This document shows, piece by piece, positions 26,601 to 37,920 of a stretch of 64,000 nt of DNA. Made by a program: the position numbers and the translations under genes. Source of the stretch: Marsupella aquatica (lineage: Eukaryota > Plantae > Marchantiophyta); assembly GCA_973895155.1 (NCBI GenBank), contig OZ316892.1, positions 10,148,283 to 10,212,282 of the forward strand. Direction: 5' to 3'. The notes under the pieces were generated by a model. That model did no database searches. It had not been told where the DNA came from and saw only the letters and a program-made list of their open reading frames with translations. Positions within the stretch are counted from its first letter, which is position 1, and each line of letters opens with the position of its first letter.

Positions 26601-29600
26601 TCTAGTATTCTATATCTCCATTTTCATTAAAGCCTAGTACAGGTTGATTCCAGTGCGTCCTCCACAGTACAGTAGGTAATGAATAGATTCTATCAATAAA
26701 TAAAACGTGCCCACTGTCTTAGTAAGTGAGAACTAAAACATGCACACGTTCTTAGTAGTGATACTGTTAACAAAACATTCACATGTCATGTTATTCGCAA
26801 TAAAACATTCACACTTGTTGGTACTTATTGCAGGAAATTTACTTGTGGGTGTCAGTCGTACAGTTTACAGGTAATCCAGTATGACTGTGTCACGCCTCGT
26901 CAACCATGTCCAAGTGCAACGCTGATCAGTGCACAAAGGTAATCGAGTCCCCTATCATTGCAGCTTCTTTCTTTGTAAATGCACCCAAAAATGCAGTTTT
27001 CATAGGTGCATCGTGACCCTCACTAACAGAAAAATATTTAATTGTACTTCAGTCTATAAGCGTACACATAGTATCATCAGTCAGTGCAAAGACTAGTGTT
27101 TATAAATAAGAGCTTGCATTGATTACATAGAGTAATGACATGTAGTCATCCAGTTTGTAAGGGGCTGTACAAGGGTTTGGGGTACCAGGACTTCAGGATG
27201 TGGGACCTAACAGCAGGTTGATGATTACATCACAATACCAGATTGCAATGCCAAAACCCCAAACTTGGTGCTGTTGAGAGGGCAAGACATTGCGAATGGA
27301 GGTCAGGCTTATGATGGAGGTGGTTGAGCCCCTAATTTCGTTATCTAAGTGCTTGAACTGCATGACTTCTAGTTTTGTAGTCATGCACATGCCAAGAAGT
27401 GCATAAATTTAACTCCCTGCACTTGTTGGGTAGTGCATACTGTGGATAATAAGTGCAGGCTTGGGGCGTCTTCCCAGTAAACTGCACTTAGGCAAGGTAG
27501 AGTGTATTGTAGTCAAATCCACCCACTTCACTGTTCATCAGCTCAAGATTGTCCTGAATCAAACAATCAAGAGGTTTGGACAACCAAAGAATCAAAGAGG
27601 CCAGTTCAAGAGGGTCCTGAAACAGATACCAAGAGCAGAGTCTTCCTTGGAAATGGAGGCCAGTCAGTAATTTAGAGTTAGTAATGTAGCACGGGACTTC
27701 TAAATGCCATCTATTGTGGAATGGAGCTCCCATTAGAAGAGAACAAAGATCGAGAGAGTCTAGCACAGTACAGCAAGGAGGTGATTCCATAAGTTGATGC
27801 AAAGCTTTGTGTGTACTTGTGCTTGATTGGGATTGGGATTGTTGAAGGGATGTGCTGAATCAAGGAACATAATGGTGTACTGTCAGGACGAGAACAAGTC
27901 GGCCAAGAGCAAAGAACGTGACTGGGAGATGAAAAAGTACCCACCACGCTCATTCACGTTTCTGCTGTGCCATGCTTTGCACAGCTGAGTCATTCAATGG
28001 CATTGGATGCTTGCTCATGTCCTGCTAATATCCTCCCAGATCCGCACGGCCAGCCATTGAAGGAGACAGATAGACAGAGAGAGCAAGAGCAATGGTGGTA
28101 CTTTCGTACTGTGGTCCTGTAATGACTCGTGACAACGGAAAACATATCCACAGGACAGAGCAGACCGGTGGTTGCTGTAAAAGGAGTCGGCTCTGACAAT
28201 GATCAAAAGAAAGATTCGAACAACTCGAGAGGAGAGATCAGGGAGAAAAGGAAAGTAATCATGCCCCACAATCAATACCGTACCAGAATTTTATGAACTC
28301 ATTACGTGCTTTGAAACAGATCGAATTAAGCACAGCAGCTGGAAGGAATGGGTCCATGGTATGATTTGGTGTGCTTCGTGGGACGGTAATGATTTTCAGT
28401 AGGAGTGACGAGCGCGGAGAAGGTGCAGACAAACACAGATCAAGGAGCGCTTGACGAAGCTTGGGGTCTCAAGCCGCTATGAGAAAGTAACAGACACGAA
28501 TCAATGGGCAGGGAGTGCTTAATTGTCTTCTGCTGCATGACTCAGACTTTGAATTATCTGGGAGACATGATTGCACGTTGTCATCTCTCATCAAATTTTC
28601 GTCTGCTCAGTTGCCTGCTGCTGCTTGCCTGCCAGCAACAGCGGCAGCAGCACCACCCAAACATGAGCCAATGCTGGACGGAGCTAATCCTTCTGGATTG
28701 GCACCAAAGTACAATTCAGGGAAGACGAAGAAAAGCTGACGTATGCGATTGAGGCAGAGAGACATGAATAGTAGAAATACTCACCTCACCTGGCTCAGAC
28801 CAGCTCTTTAAAGGAAAACCGTGCTGTAGCATGGGTGCGCACGCAAAGGAATTAAAATTCCTTTGGGTAAAGCAATTTGAGCATTGGTCTGGGTGAGTCT
28901 GCTGGGATGATGAAGGAGGTAACTGTGCATGTGATTGAACGTAGAATATGCCCAGCATTCCCAGCTTTAAGTGTGAGGAACTTGCTTCGACTTCAGAGTA
29001 TGCCACTGAGGTGTTCTGTTAGATGAGGCTGCTGTTGAGTCAAATCGATGAGGCCAGATCAAATCCGGGTGAATAAAACTTGGTTCGCAGGTCGGAGAGG
29101 CAAGTTGTTTAGCATCTGGGATGAGTCGTCTGTGATCGCTTTGATGACATCGTGGATCTCCAAAACTCGGTCGTCCATGAATCAGGTGTGAATCTTCTGT
29201 CAGATTTTAAAGCGTCAATGGGCCAGAAAATTCGCAGGAGAGACGTTCTTGCAGGATGATCGGAATTCGCAAGGTCCAACGTTTTCGCTCGACAATATGG
29301 ATCAGATACTCGCAGGTCAGTTCGGTTCTGGTGGCAAATTTTTCGACGACCTTCTACCCGTGGGAGCTGTAGAAACCCAACAGACTATTGCCGTTCTTAA
29401 AAACCAATCAAAAGGGACACCGATTTCTCATCCGGCTATTGAATCTCAGCAGATCCTGATGCCATTCATAATGCCACCGTAACTAGGATGTGGAAGTGGC
29501 CCAAAGAGTAGGACAGGATGTAGGCAGGTGGTTCACAGTCATCGGAATGCAACAGATATAAGAGAATCCGAATTCTACAGACAAGCAGAGATGGGGAAGC

Positions 29601-29787
29601 CAATCTTATCCCTTTGCAGAACTTGGAATTCCCTTGCAGACTAGAGACACACCAGCTAACATTGTTCAAGGCGTGGAAACTGTATGTCTAAGTCAACTAA
29701 TCTCAATTTCACTGTCAGTCGCCTCCAACTGAGCTCATTCACTTGCTTCGAGAGAACAATCCCCCTAAGCTGTCTTTTTCTTACAAC

Positions 29788-32700
29788 ATGCGGAGAGCAA
29801 TTTGGTTTCAGCAATGTTTGGTCATGGCACTCCTCTCCACACTGCTGGCCAAAAGCCTGGTGTTTGCAACCTATTACCCCCTGGATCTGGGCTGGAATGT
29901 CAAGAACAACGACGCGCTGGGTGTGGAAGTCAGTGCCGGGGAAAGACTCAGGATATTATTTATGGACACGGAAACCAGCAACTTTGCCTTGGCCTTTGTA
30001 AACCTCAATGGCACGTCCCCCTCATCGAACAGCACCGAAACTTTCGTCCTGGCCATTGTCATAATGCCATACACCGGTCTATGGAAAGTGGTTTGGAGTG
30101 CCAATTCAAATAGCCCAGTGGGAACCAATGCCACACTTGGCTTCAACTCTGATGGGAACCTGGCTTTGTGGGATGTTAACGGAGGTGAGGTGTGGTCCAC
30201 CGGTGCCCCAAATGGTGTCCGCATCATAGGATTAGATATGGACAGATCAGGTACGAAGTAATCACTCAACAGTCTAGTCGGGCCTTTTTTCTTACATCTT
30301 CAATATTAGTATCTGTAAGGCAGAAGCAGGCGCGCTGTTTGACTTAGTAAATGCTCTTGCATTGCATGATTCCAAGGTTTCCACGTTTGAGAAGTTCACA
30401 TGCGATCAACAGAAGTAAAGTACTTAGGGGCTTAGTAGCGTAGTACCGTTCAAGGTAGTGTAGCGAAGGAGGAAAGGGTTTAGAGGAGTATCGCTTTCTG
30501 CCTGTGCCAATTGGCATTAAACATATTCAGTTTGATCCTGCTTTTTCGACAGTCATAGTTGCAACTTCTGTACAATTTTATTTTTCTACTTTTAGTCCTG
30601 GATTGCGTTGCTCGAGTTTGTGAACAAGGTGCGCTTGCTATGATCACGCAAGGTTCTTGCCAACATGAAATGGTTCCTGCCAACACATTCCAGAGATCAA
30701 GGTTGCTGTAAAAGGACTCTCTGTGGTGGGGTCAAGAATTTCTCGGGGCATTCTATGATCAATACTAACACGTGGATCAGTGGCTTTTCTGGAACAACCC
30801 ATCAGGTAATCTGGTCGTGGTCGATGCAGCAGGTTCTGCTGTCTGGGAAAGCTTCAAACACCCGACCGATGCCATTCTTCCCGGTCAAGTACTCCAAGTC
30901 GGGGCAACACTGGTGGCTAAATCTTCAAGCACAGATGCATCTCTTCCCTTCTACCAGCTTGTGGTGGAACATGTAGGGTTGGTTCTCTATGCCCCTTCCA
31001 GCTTGTTGGACAGCCTCCCACAGCAGAAGCAGCCATATTACGTATCTTCTCTTAACGACAAGCAAGATCTGGAAGGTGTAACAACCACTTGCCTGCACCC
31101 AGCAATGGTAACTTTTGACAGCACCCAAGGATTGGTGGTCCGCTACGACATGTCATTGACATTTTCCTCTGTCTCAAGTTCTGCCTTGTGCAGTGAGATA
31201 TATGGAGAGACCACCCTTGTTTTGTCAAGCAACGGGCAGAATATTCATCGACAGTTCATAAGGTTGGATGCTGATGGGAACCTTCGCTTGTACGTATATG
31301 CTGCCAACTCGACTGACTGGCAGGTTGTGTCCAGCGTTTCCAACACCAAGTGTGATCTCCCAGGTGCATGCGGCAAGTATGGTATATGCTTCAGAGATCG
31401 ATGCACCTGCTCAGGTTCGACTAAAGTTGAGGAGAAGCCAGTAGTCCAACATCTGCTAGACAATTCGCTGATTGAAAGTCCATCTGCTCTGTTTCTTAGC
31501 TGCAAACCTCCCGATACCAGGGCAGCTCCTGAGGTTACGGGGCAGTCATCTACAGCCAATTGTACGACTCCTTCAGAACCTAATTACACGCAGGAAATTG
31601 TTACAGTGGCTAGTGCTGACTACTTTTCGAACCAATATGTTACTCCAGATTATTTTACACCTACGATCGTTGAATGCGGCCAGCGCTGCCTCAAGTCCTG
31701 CTCCTGCACTGCCTCATTCTACCGCAACGACTCAGGTGGGGCACTAAATCCTACATGACATCGTGAATGAGGACTTTGAAAGAATGGTTTGGTCTGGTCT
31801 GGCCTCGCATTTGCTTTTTGAAAATTGGAAAAGCTATCAAACCCTTGGTCAAACGAGAAAGGCTCTCCTGTTGCTGAAGCTCCGAGCTTGTTATACTCCA
31901 TTGGCGCTAAACAAGACATTAATTTGCAGGATAACTCGAACGATTCTCCTATTATGGGAGAGAACGAATATTGCCAGCCAGAGAGTAGTTGTGAACAAAT
32001 AACCTGGAATTTATACAATGGAAATGTACTGTAAAGAGTCTTGCCTTTCTCTTACAGAGAGTTCCCTGAAAAATATCATATCAAAGTTCAAATATCCGTG
32101 CCAGACCCGAAGCTTGACTCATAACTTCAATCCCTTTTTGCTACACAACCTCTAGTCTATTTTATCTGGACTTCAGGAAGCGTCAATAGAAAAATATTTC
32201 TCGATACGACGTTCTAACGTTTGACGAGTTGAGCGACCTCTAACATTTTAAGTCCCTGCGTTCCTGGATTCAGGTGCTTGCTTTTTTGTGGCTGATGTGC
32301 ACAGCCTTCGGAAGGTTTCAGAGACAGGATACTTTGCTCTCTTGAAGGTTTTTTCCGCCTTGGATCCAGCCTCGTCCCAAGTCAATGGAAAGAATTCCAG
32401 TGACTCGATTGCCATTGGAGTAAGCGTGGCCCTCGGCAGTGCTGGACTTCTTCTGGGTTTCCTCCTTTGGACACTATATAGACTTTTGGGAAAAAAGAAA
32501 GGGCGGATCCAAATCCAAAAGTTTCAGGAGGAGGAAGGAGCAGCTGATGAAGAGGACGAGCTGTTAGACTCCCTCCCTGGGTTACCTCAAAGGTACAACG
32601 TCAAGGACCTCTCGTTGGCCACCAATGGCTTCCAAACCAGGTTGGGCAATAGTAGCAGCAGTGGAGGTTTCAGTTCAGTTTACGATGGCTGTCTTGCTGA

Positions 32701-33622
32701 TGGCTCCAGGGTGGCTGTCAAGAAATTGGAGGCTGGGAAGCATCTAGGGTTGAAAGATTTCCGAGCTGAGGTGGCAACGATTGGCAGCATTCGTCACTCC
32801 AACTTAGTTCGTTTGAGAGGTTTCTGCTTTCAAGGAGTCCAACGATTCTTGGTCTTCGAGTACTTAGCCAAAGGAAGTCTAGACAAATGGCTATTTGCAC
32901 CCAAGGAGGGAGCAGAGGAGTTCAAGACGGACAGTTTTGTGCTTGACTGGAATACTCGTTATAGAATTGCCCTGGGAACTGCAAGAGGACTGGGATATCT
33001 TCACGAGGGATGCCCCAGCAGGATCATTCACGCGAATGTTCATTCACGAAACATTTTGTTAGATCAGCATTTCTCTCCTAAGATCTCAGACTATGGACTT
33101 TCCAAGCTCATGGCTCTTGGTGTTGAAGATTCTGAAACCAGTGGGGAGCTCACGACTAGGAGAGGAACACCGGGATACTTAGCTCCTGAGCTCCTGCTCA
33201 GATCGCAAGTCAGTGACAAGATTGACATTTACAGCTATGGAGTCGTTCTCATTGAATTGTTCACTGGTCGCAAATGCATTGACCTTTTCATGGAGTTTGA
33301 CACTGACTATTTTCCTTCTTGGGCTATGAACATGGCCAGGGATGGTAGGCTTAGGGAAGCCCTGGACAAAAGACTGGGGGACTTGGTGCCTGAGGTGCAG
33401 TGCCAGAGAGTAATACAAATTGCTTACTGGTGCGTTCATAGGGATTTTAAGAAGCGGCCCACAATGAAGGAAGTTGTACAGATGCTTGAAGGTTTAGTGC
33501 CTGTCCCTGAGATGCCTGAGGCTGAGCTTGCAGATCTGTCCTCGTTCAAGCTACCTAAGAGAAAGAAGAAAGTCTCGTCATCTCCATCTCAAGAATTGGC
33601 CAGCACCTCTGAGCCTGGCTAG
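29788..33622 (+). CDS. G-type (bulb) lectin S-receptor-like Ser/Thr kinase, SD2-like; predicted pseudokinase. Exons 29788-30250, 30806-31735, 32274-33622
   Basis: Signal peptide; B-lectin (VVWSANSNSPV...DGNLALWD...VWST, GNLVV...VWESFKHPTDAILPGQ); RLDADGNLRLY; EGF-like CDLPGACGKYGIC; PAN-like CGQRCLKSCSCTASFY...CF; TM helix; kinase (VAVKKL, DYGLSK, RGTPGYLAPE). Both GT-AG introns restore the frame. Confidence 0.93.
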
Positions 33623-34170
33623 GATTATTTATTAAGTCATTAGACAGATTCTCAATACAAGTACAAGAAATAGAAATAGAAATAGAAAACCTAGCATATA
33701 CAGACAAAAACTACAGTAGAAATCTAGCGAGAAGGGGTAGTTGACTGGCCAACTTATTCTTCCTCCACTTAATTTGAAAAGCCTTAGAATCCCAGACAGA
33801 TTCAAAAGCTACTCACGCAATTAGAGCCTCGCAGAAAAATGGTCAAACTAAGATCCAGTATTCATCTTGTAGAAAGGAAGAATCATGACTTTTTGTCGGT
33901 GCAAAAGATTGTCGCCCTCAATAATTTATACTGGAGACGATGTACCTTAAAGCCTTCTTGCTCAAGGTGGGATTGGTCAGGCCAATGTGGGTGATTGAAC
34001 AGAAAATTTCTAGGTCTAGGATTTCAACTGTACATTTTGCTGAGGGCATGGCCCGGAAGACCTTCTCTACCATATAAACGACAAGACCAACAATTGCAAA
34101 ACGACCAAGAAGTCCAAAGGTGATCAATCGATCGACCACCTTCAAACCTTCAATACACAGCTCAGACACA

Positions 34171-34344
34171 TCTTCCAGCATTATGAAATAATAGGAATAC
34201 GTAAAGAATTGTTCTATTTACAGATTATTCCTATGTCTTAAACGGCAAAATTGAACTTCTTCCAGCATTATGAAATAATAGGAATTACGTAAAGAATTGT
34301 TCTATTTACAGATTATTCCTATGTCTTAAACGGCAAAATTGAAC
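34171..34344. repeat. ~87-bp near-perfect tandem duplication downstream of the ESF1 stop
   Basis: TCTTCCAGCATTATGAAATAATAGGAAT...GGCAAAATTGAAC at 34171 and 34258, with a 1-nt indel. Confidence 0.95.
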
Positions 34345-34418
34345 ACAAAACCAGAGAAATGATGCCCTGGCAGTTGCGCTTGACCTCAATCTGAAACTCC
34401 TAAAATCAATTCTCGGGT

Positions 34419-37400
34419 CTACTTGTGACCAGTCCCAAGAGCCCTCGCTTGAACTTTCGATTTCAGTGATCGAACCAGAGACGACACCTCTGCCTTCCGC
34501 TTTCGCTTGCTACCTTCGTCTAAATCAAGGTTATCATTTGTGTCAAGTTGCTCCTGTGCAATCTTAGAAGATTGGAAGTGCCGACGCTGCGACTCTACAA
34601 CTTGTGCACCAGTCTTCTTAAATTGCGGGTCTGTGGGGTCCAACGCGAAGAGGTGTGAAGTGAAGAGGGAGGCAAATCTGGGGTCGTCATAATTTGCATT
34701 GGAGGCAATCTTGTTCTGTAGTTCCTCAACCTTTACTTTCGCTCCCTTTCTCTTCTTCTTCTCCACCTTCTTCGTCTTGCCAGGATCGTCCAAACTTGAC
34801 GACTGTGGCACCTCTACTTCTCCATTTTGAACCATGTGATCATCGAGGAGCAACAATTCTAACTCCGCTTGTTTCTTCTCCAATTCCTTCTTCTCCAATT
34901 CCTTCTTCTCCCTCACAGCACCATCCTTCTTTTTCTTTCGTTCCTCTTCTTTCTTTGATCTACTCAGGTCCTTCGTCTTCCCTTCCTTTCCCTCCCGACC
35001 GTTCCTGGTCTTAGCTGGCAGTTCACTTTCACTATCTTGATTGAAGAAAGGGTCGTCAAAAGGATCTTCATCACCATGGCTGAAAAATTGGTCATCTTTA
35101 TGGTCTCGAGCACCATCGCTGTGCACTGCTTCATCATCACTTGATACATCTGAATCAGCTGCTGACTTCTTTTTCTTTCGTTCATTCTTCTTCTCCTTCT
35201 TCCTGCGCAGATATGCCTCCCAAACTGTTTCATCGGCCTTGTCCTTCTTTGTCTTCGCCAACAGTTTCTCACTAAGGTCATCCAATCCGGTGTGAAACTT
35301 GATCTCTATATTTCCTTTCTCGGCCTTCTTGCCACGGACAGAGTCAACCCCCTCAGTTCCAGCCAGTAGCGCGAGATACTTTGAACGAACCTTATCTTTC
35401 TTCTTATCTTCTGCTACTGAAGGCTCTATACTTTCATCCCTATCTACACCATTAGCAACCTCAGCAGCTTCAGCTTCAGCTTCAGCTTCAAATTCAGATT
35501 CTGATTCCGAACTTGAAGCTACATAGGCTCTGAAGTCCATCTCGTTCAATTCGTCACGGTTGAAGTTGCGTCGCAAGGCCTTCACTCGAACCGGTTCGTC
35601 ATCATCCCAAGTTAGTCTAACATTACTGTGCTGGAGAGCCCTAGTCTCAAATTCAATGGGTTTATAGTCGACTGGAACCTCTGATGCAGAATCGCGTGGT
35701 TCCCGCTTGAACTCCATTTCATCTGGAATGAATCGTAAATCCAATGTATTCGAAGTTCTTTCGAACTCCAGTCCGTCGCAGTTTTTGTAGACGTTTGCTG
35801 CGGTTGGAGCTGAATCACATTCCACCACTGCATAATAATATCTGAAGAAAAACAGATTACATATGTGAGCTTTGTCTCCACGGAGGGGACGAACGACGGC
35901 AGTTTTTTCAACACAAAGACGGTCATTGGGAAGCTTAGGACTGAAAACTGTTGTGCCCTCTTGGAGGTGAAGCTTTAATGCGCCCGGCAGAAGGCAAAAA
36001 AGGTACCTTCATATTGCACACAGTCTACATCATGTCCTAAGATCTGAAGAAGGAGCTAACGAACCTCCACCAAGAGAAGCCACTGGTGTCCAAAGATTTA
36101 GATTTTCAGATCGAGTGCATTCAAATCCCAATGGTTCTCGAGGGGAATGAAGAACACGCATTTCCCTCTTCAAAAGACTTCAAATCTAAGCCCTCGACTT
36201 TCCCCGACAACTGCTAGATGAATGGCCCTAAACCCTACACCCTAGAACAATATATGTGCAGTGCCCAGGTTTTCTGCACTGATATCTAAATGAATGGCGT
36301 AAACCTTAGGTAGAGTTCAATGACTGATTAAGAACTTTTGCGTTGCAATTAACAGTGCATGATTGAATTACCCAACGTTGGATCCAAAGGCGTTAAACCA
36401 CGAAGGATTTTCATGTAATACTGGGAACATAGTGCTACCTTAGTTTCGCTTTCTCGTATTGTCGCAATTTTTCTGGGTCTGCCCCTTCATCGTCCGACTC
36501 ATCCTCGACATCGTTTCTCCTGAAAATACTCTTGGGTCCGTGCACATTTTCCTCCTCCATCTGCTCAATCCCAAACTCAGATGGGTATACTGTGACAGAG
36601 TACACACTCCCTCCCTTAGGTGCAAATGACCGCATCAAGACCAGCAAATGTACCGCTCGAATGTGCTCCCAATCCATATTTACAATCGCCAGCCGCCTGG
36701 TTTCGTCTTCTGTGGATGGAATATTCTCCTCTTCCTCTGCCCCAGAGATTTCCTGCTCTACATCGCTCTCACTATCTGAAGAGGAAGACGACGAAGAGGA
36801 GGCTTCTTCTTCTCCTTCTTCTTCTTCTTCTCGTCCCTCTTCAAGTCCTGACCCATCATCGTCACCATCAAGATCTTCTTCCGATTCCAATATCCCTACA
36901 GCCCCTCTCCTAATCCTTGCTCCCTGGTCCTCCCCAGCTTCAACCTCGTCCACTTCCTCCTCTGTACCCTCCGAGTGTACTTCTGCTTCAGCAATTTGTG
37001 CCTCGAGCTGCTTAATTCGGTCTTTCTTACCTCCCTTTTTCTTCAATGAGGAGGAAACGTCAGTCTTAGAAGGTGATATCCCGAGCTCATCCGCCGAATC
37101 ATCACTATCATCAATTTCCTCGTATAATTTGTTGGACAGCTCCTCCTTCCTCTTCTTTAGTCGATCTTTCTTCCCTCTCTTTTTCTTAGTAACAATCTCA
37201 GCGTCCCCATCTTCGCCCTGGTGTTCACCTTCCTCTCCAGCTTCCTCATCGACTCTGTAATACCTACGGAGGGGATCAATCTGCCTGCCGGAACTTTTCG
37301 ATTTGATACCCCGTTTATTTACAGAAGGATTGCTGAATCCTTTCTCGGTGAACATGTGCGCAAAACGAGAATCAATAGAAACCTTAGCTTTGCTCTTGGG

Positions 37401-37544
37401 GAGCCTTTGGAAGCGTGGATCCGTGTGGAGCCTGGAGAAGCGAGGATCTCCGATGGGCGCCCCCATGGTCCCATCCGACGCAACTCTACCTCTGCCATTT
37501 TCCGACCCTTTCTCCTTCTTCTTCGAGCTTTCCTTCTTCCCCAT
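34419..37544 (-). CDS. ESF1: Pre-rRNA-processing protein ESF1 (NUC153 domain). Exons 37544-36439 and 35841-34419
   Basis: DPRFSRLHTDPRF, IDSRFAHMF, TRRLAIVNMDWEHIRA, VTVYPSEFG, KLRQYEKAKLR|YYYAVVECDS, DLRFIPD, LTWDDD and NUC153 DPRFASLFTSHLFALDPTDPQFK. The single GT-AG intron is in frame. Confidence 0.95.
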
Positions 37545-37901
37545 CGTCGTCAATCACAGGCTAAATTAACTTCAACCAAATCTCGAGTTCCCAACTTTAT
37601 CTATCTCAGCTCTGCCAAAATCTCTCAATTCTAGCACCCATTCTCCTTCGTCTTGTTCGAGCTTTCCTGTTTCCCCGTAGTCGTCAAACACAGCTCAATT
37701 TCAACCCCATATCTCGATTTTCAAGCTTCATGTATCTCAGCTACCGAAATCTCGATATCTGCTCAGCAATACTTTTTCTTCGAACACGATGTTGTGAGTC
37801 TCGGCTGCGATCGCTGCCTCAATCCATCGGTGCTCTTCCTCTTTCTTCATGTCCTCTGTTTGTGGATCGTCTTCATTGGTCTTGATAGCTCGCTCGACAA
37901 A

Positions 37902-37920
37902 TTTAGGGTTAGGGTTTAGG
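37902..37920 (-). promoter_or_regulatory. Telo-box (AAACCCTA) repeats upstream of ESF1
   Basis: TTTAGGGTTAGGGTTTAGG. Telo-boxes are typical of plant ribosome-biogenesis gene promoters. Confidence 0.65.

Noticed and set aside
28060-28095. miR156/535-like GA-rich sequence
   Set aside because: Only low-complexity similarity; no complementary arm found.
36532-37260. 242-aa Ser-rich plus-strand ORF (and similar ORFs at 34507-35526)
   Set aside because: Antisense shadows of the acidic, Lys-rich ESF1 coding exons.
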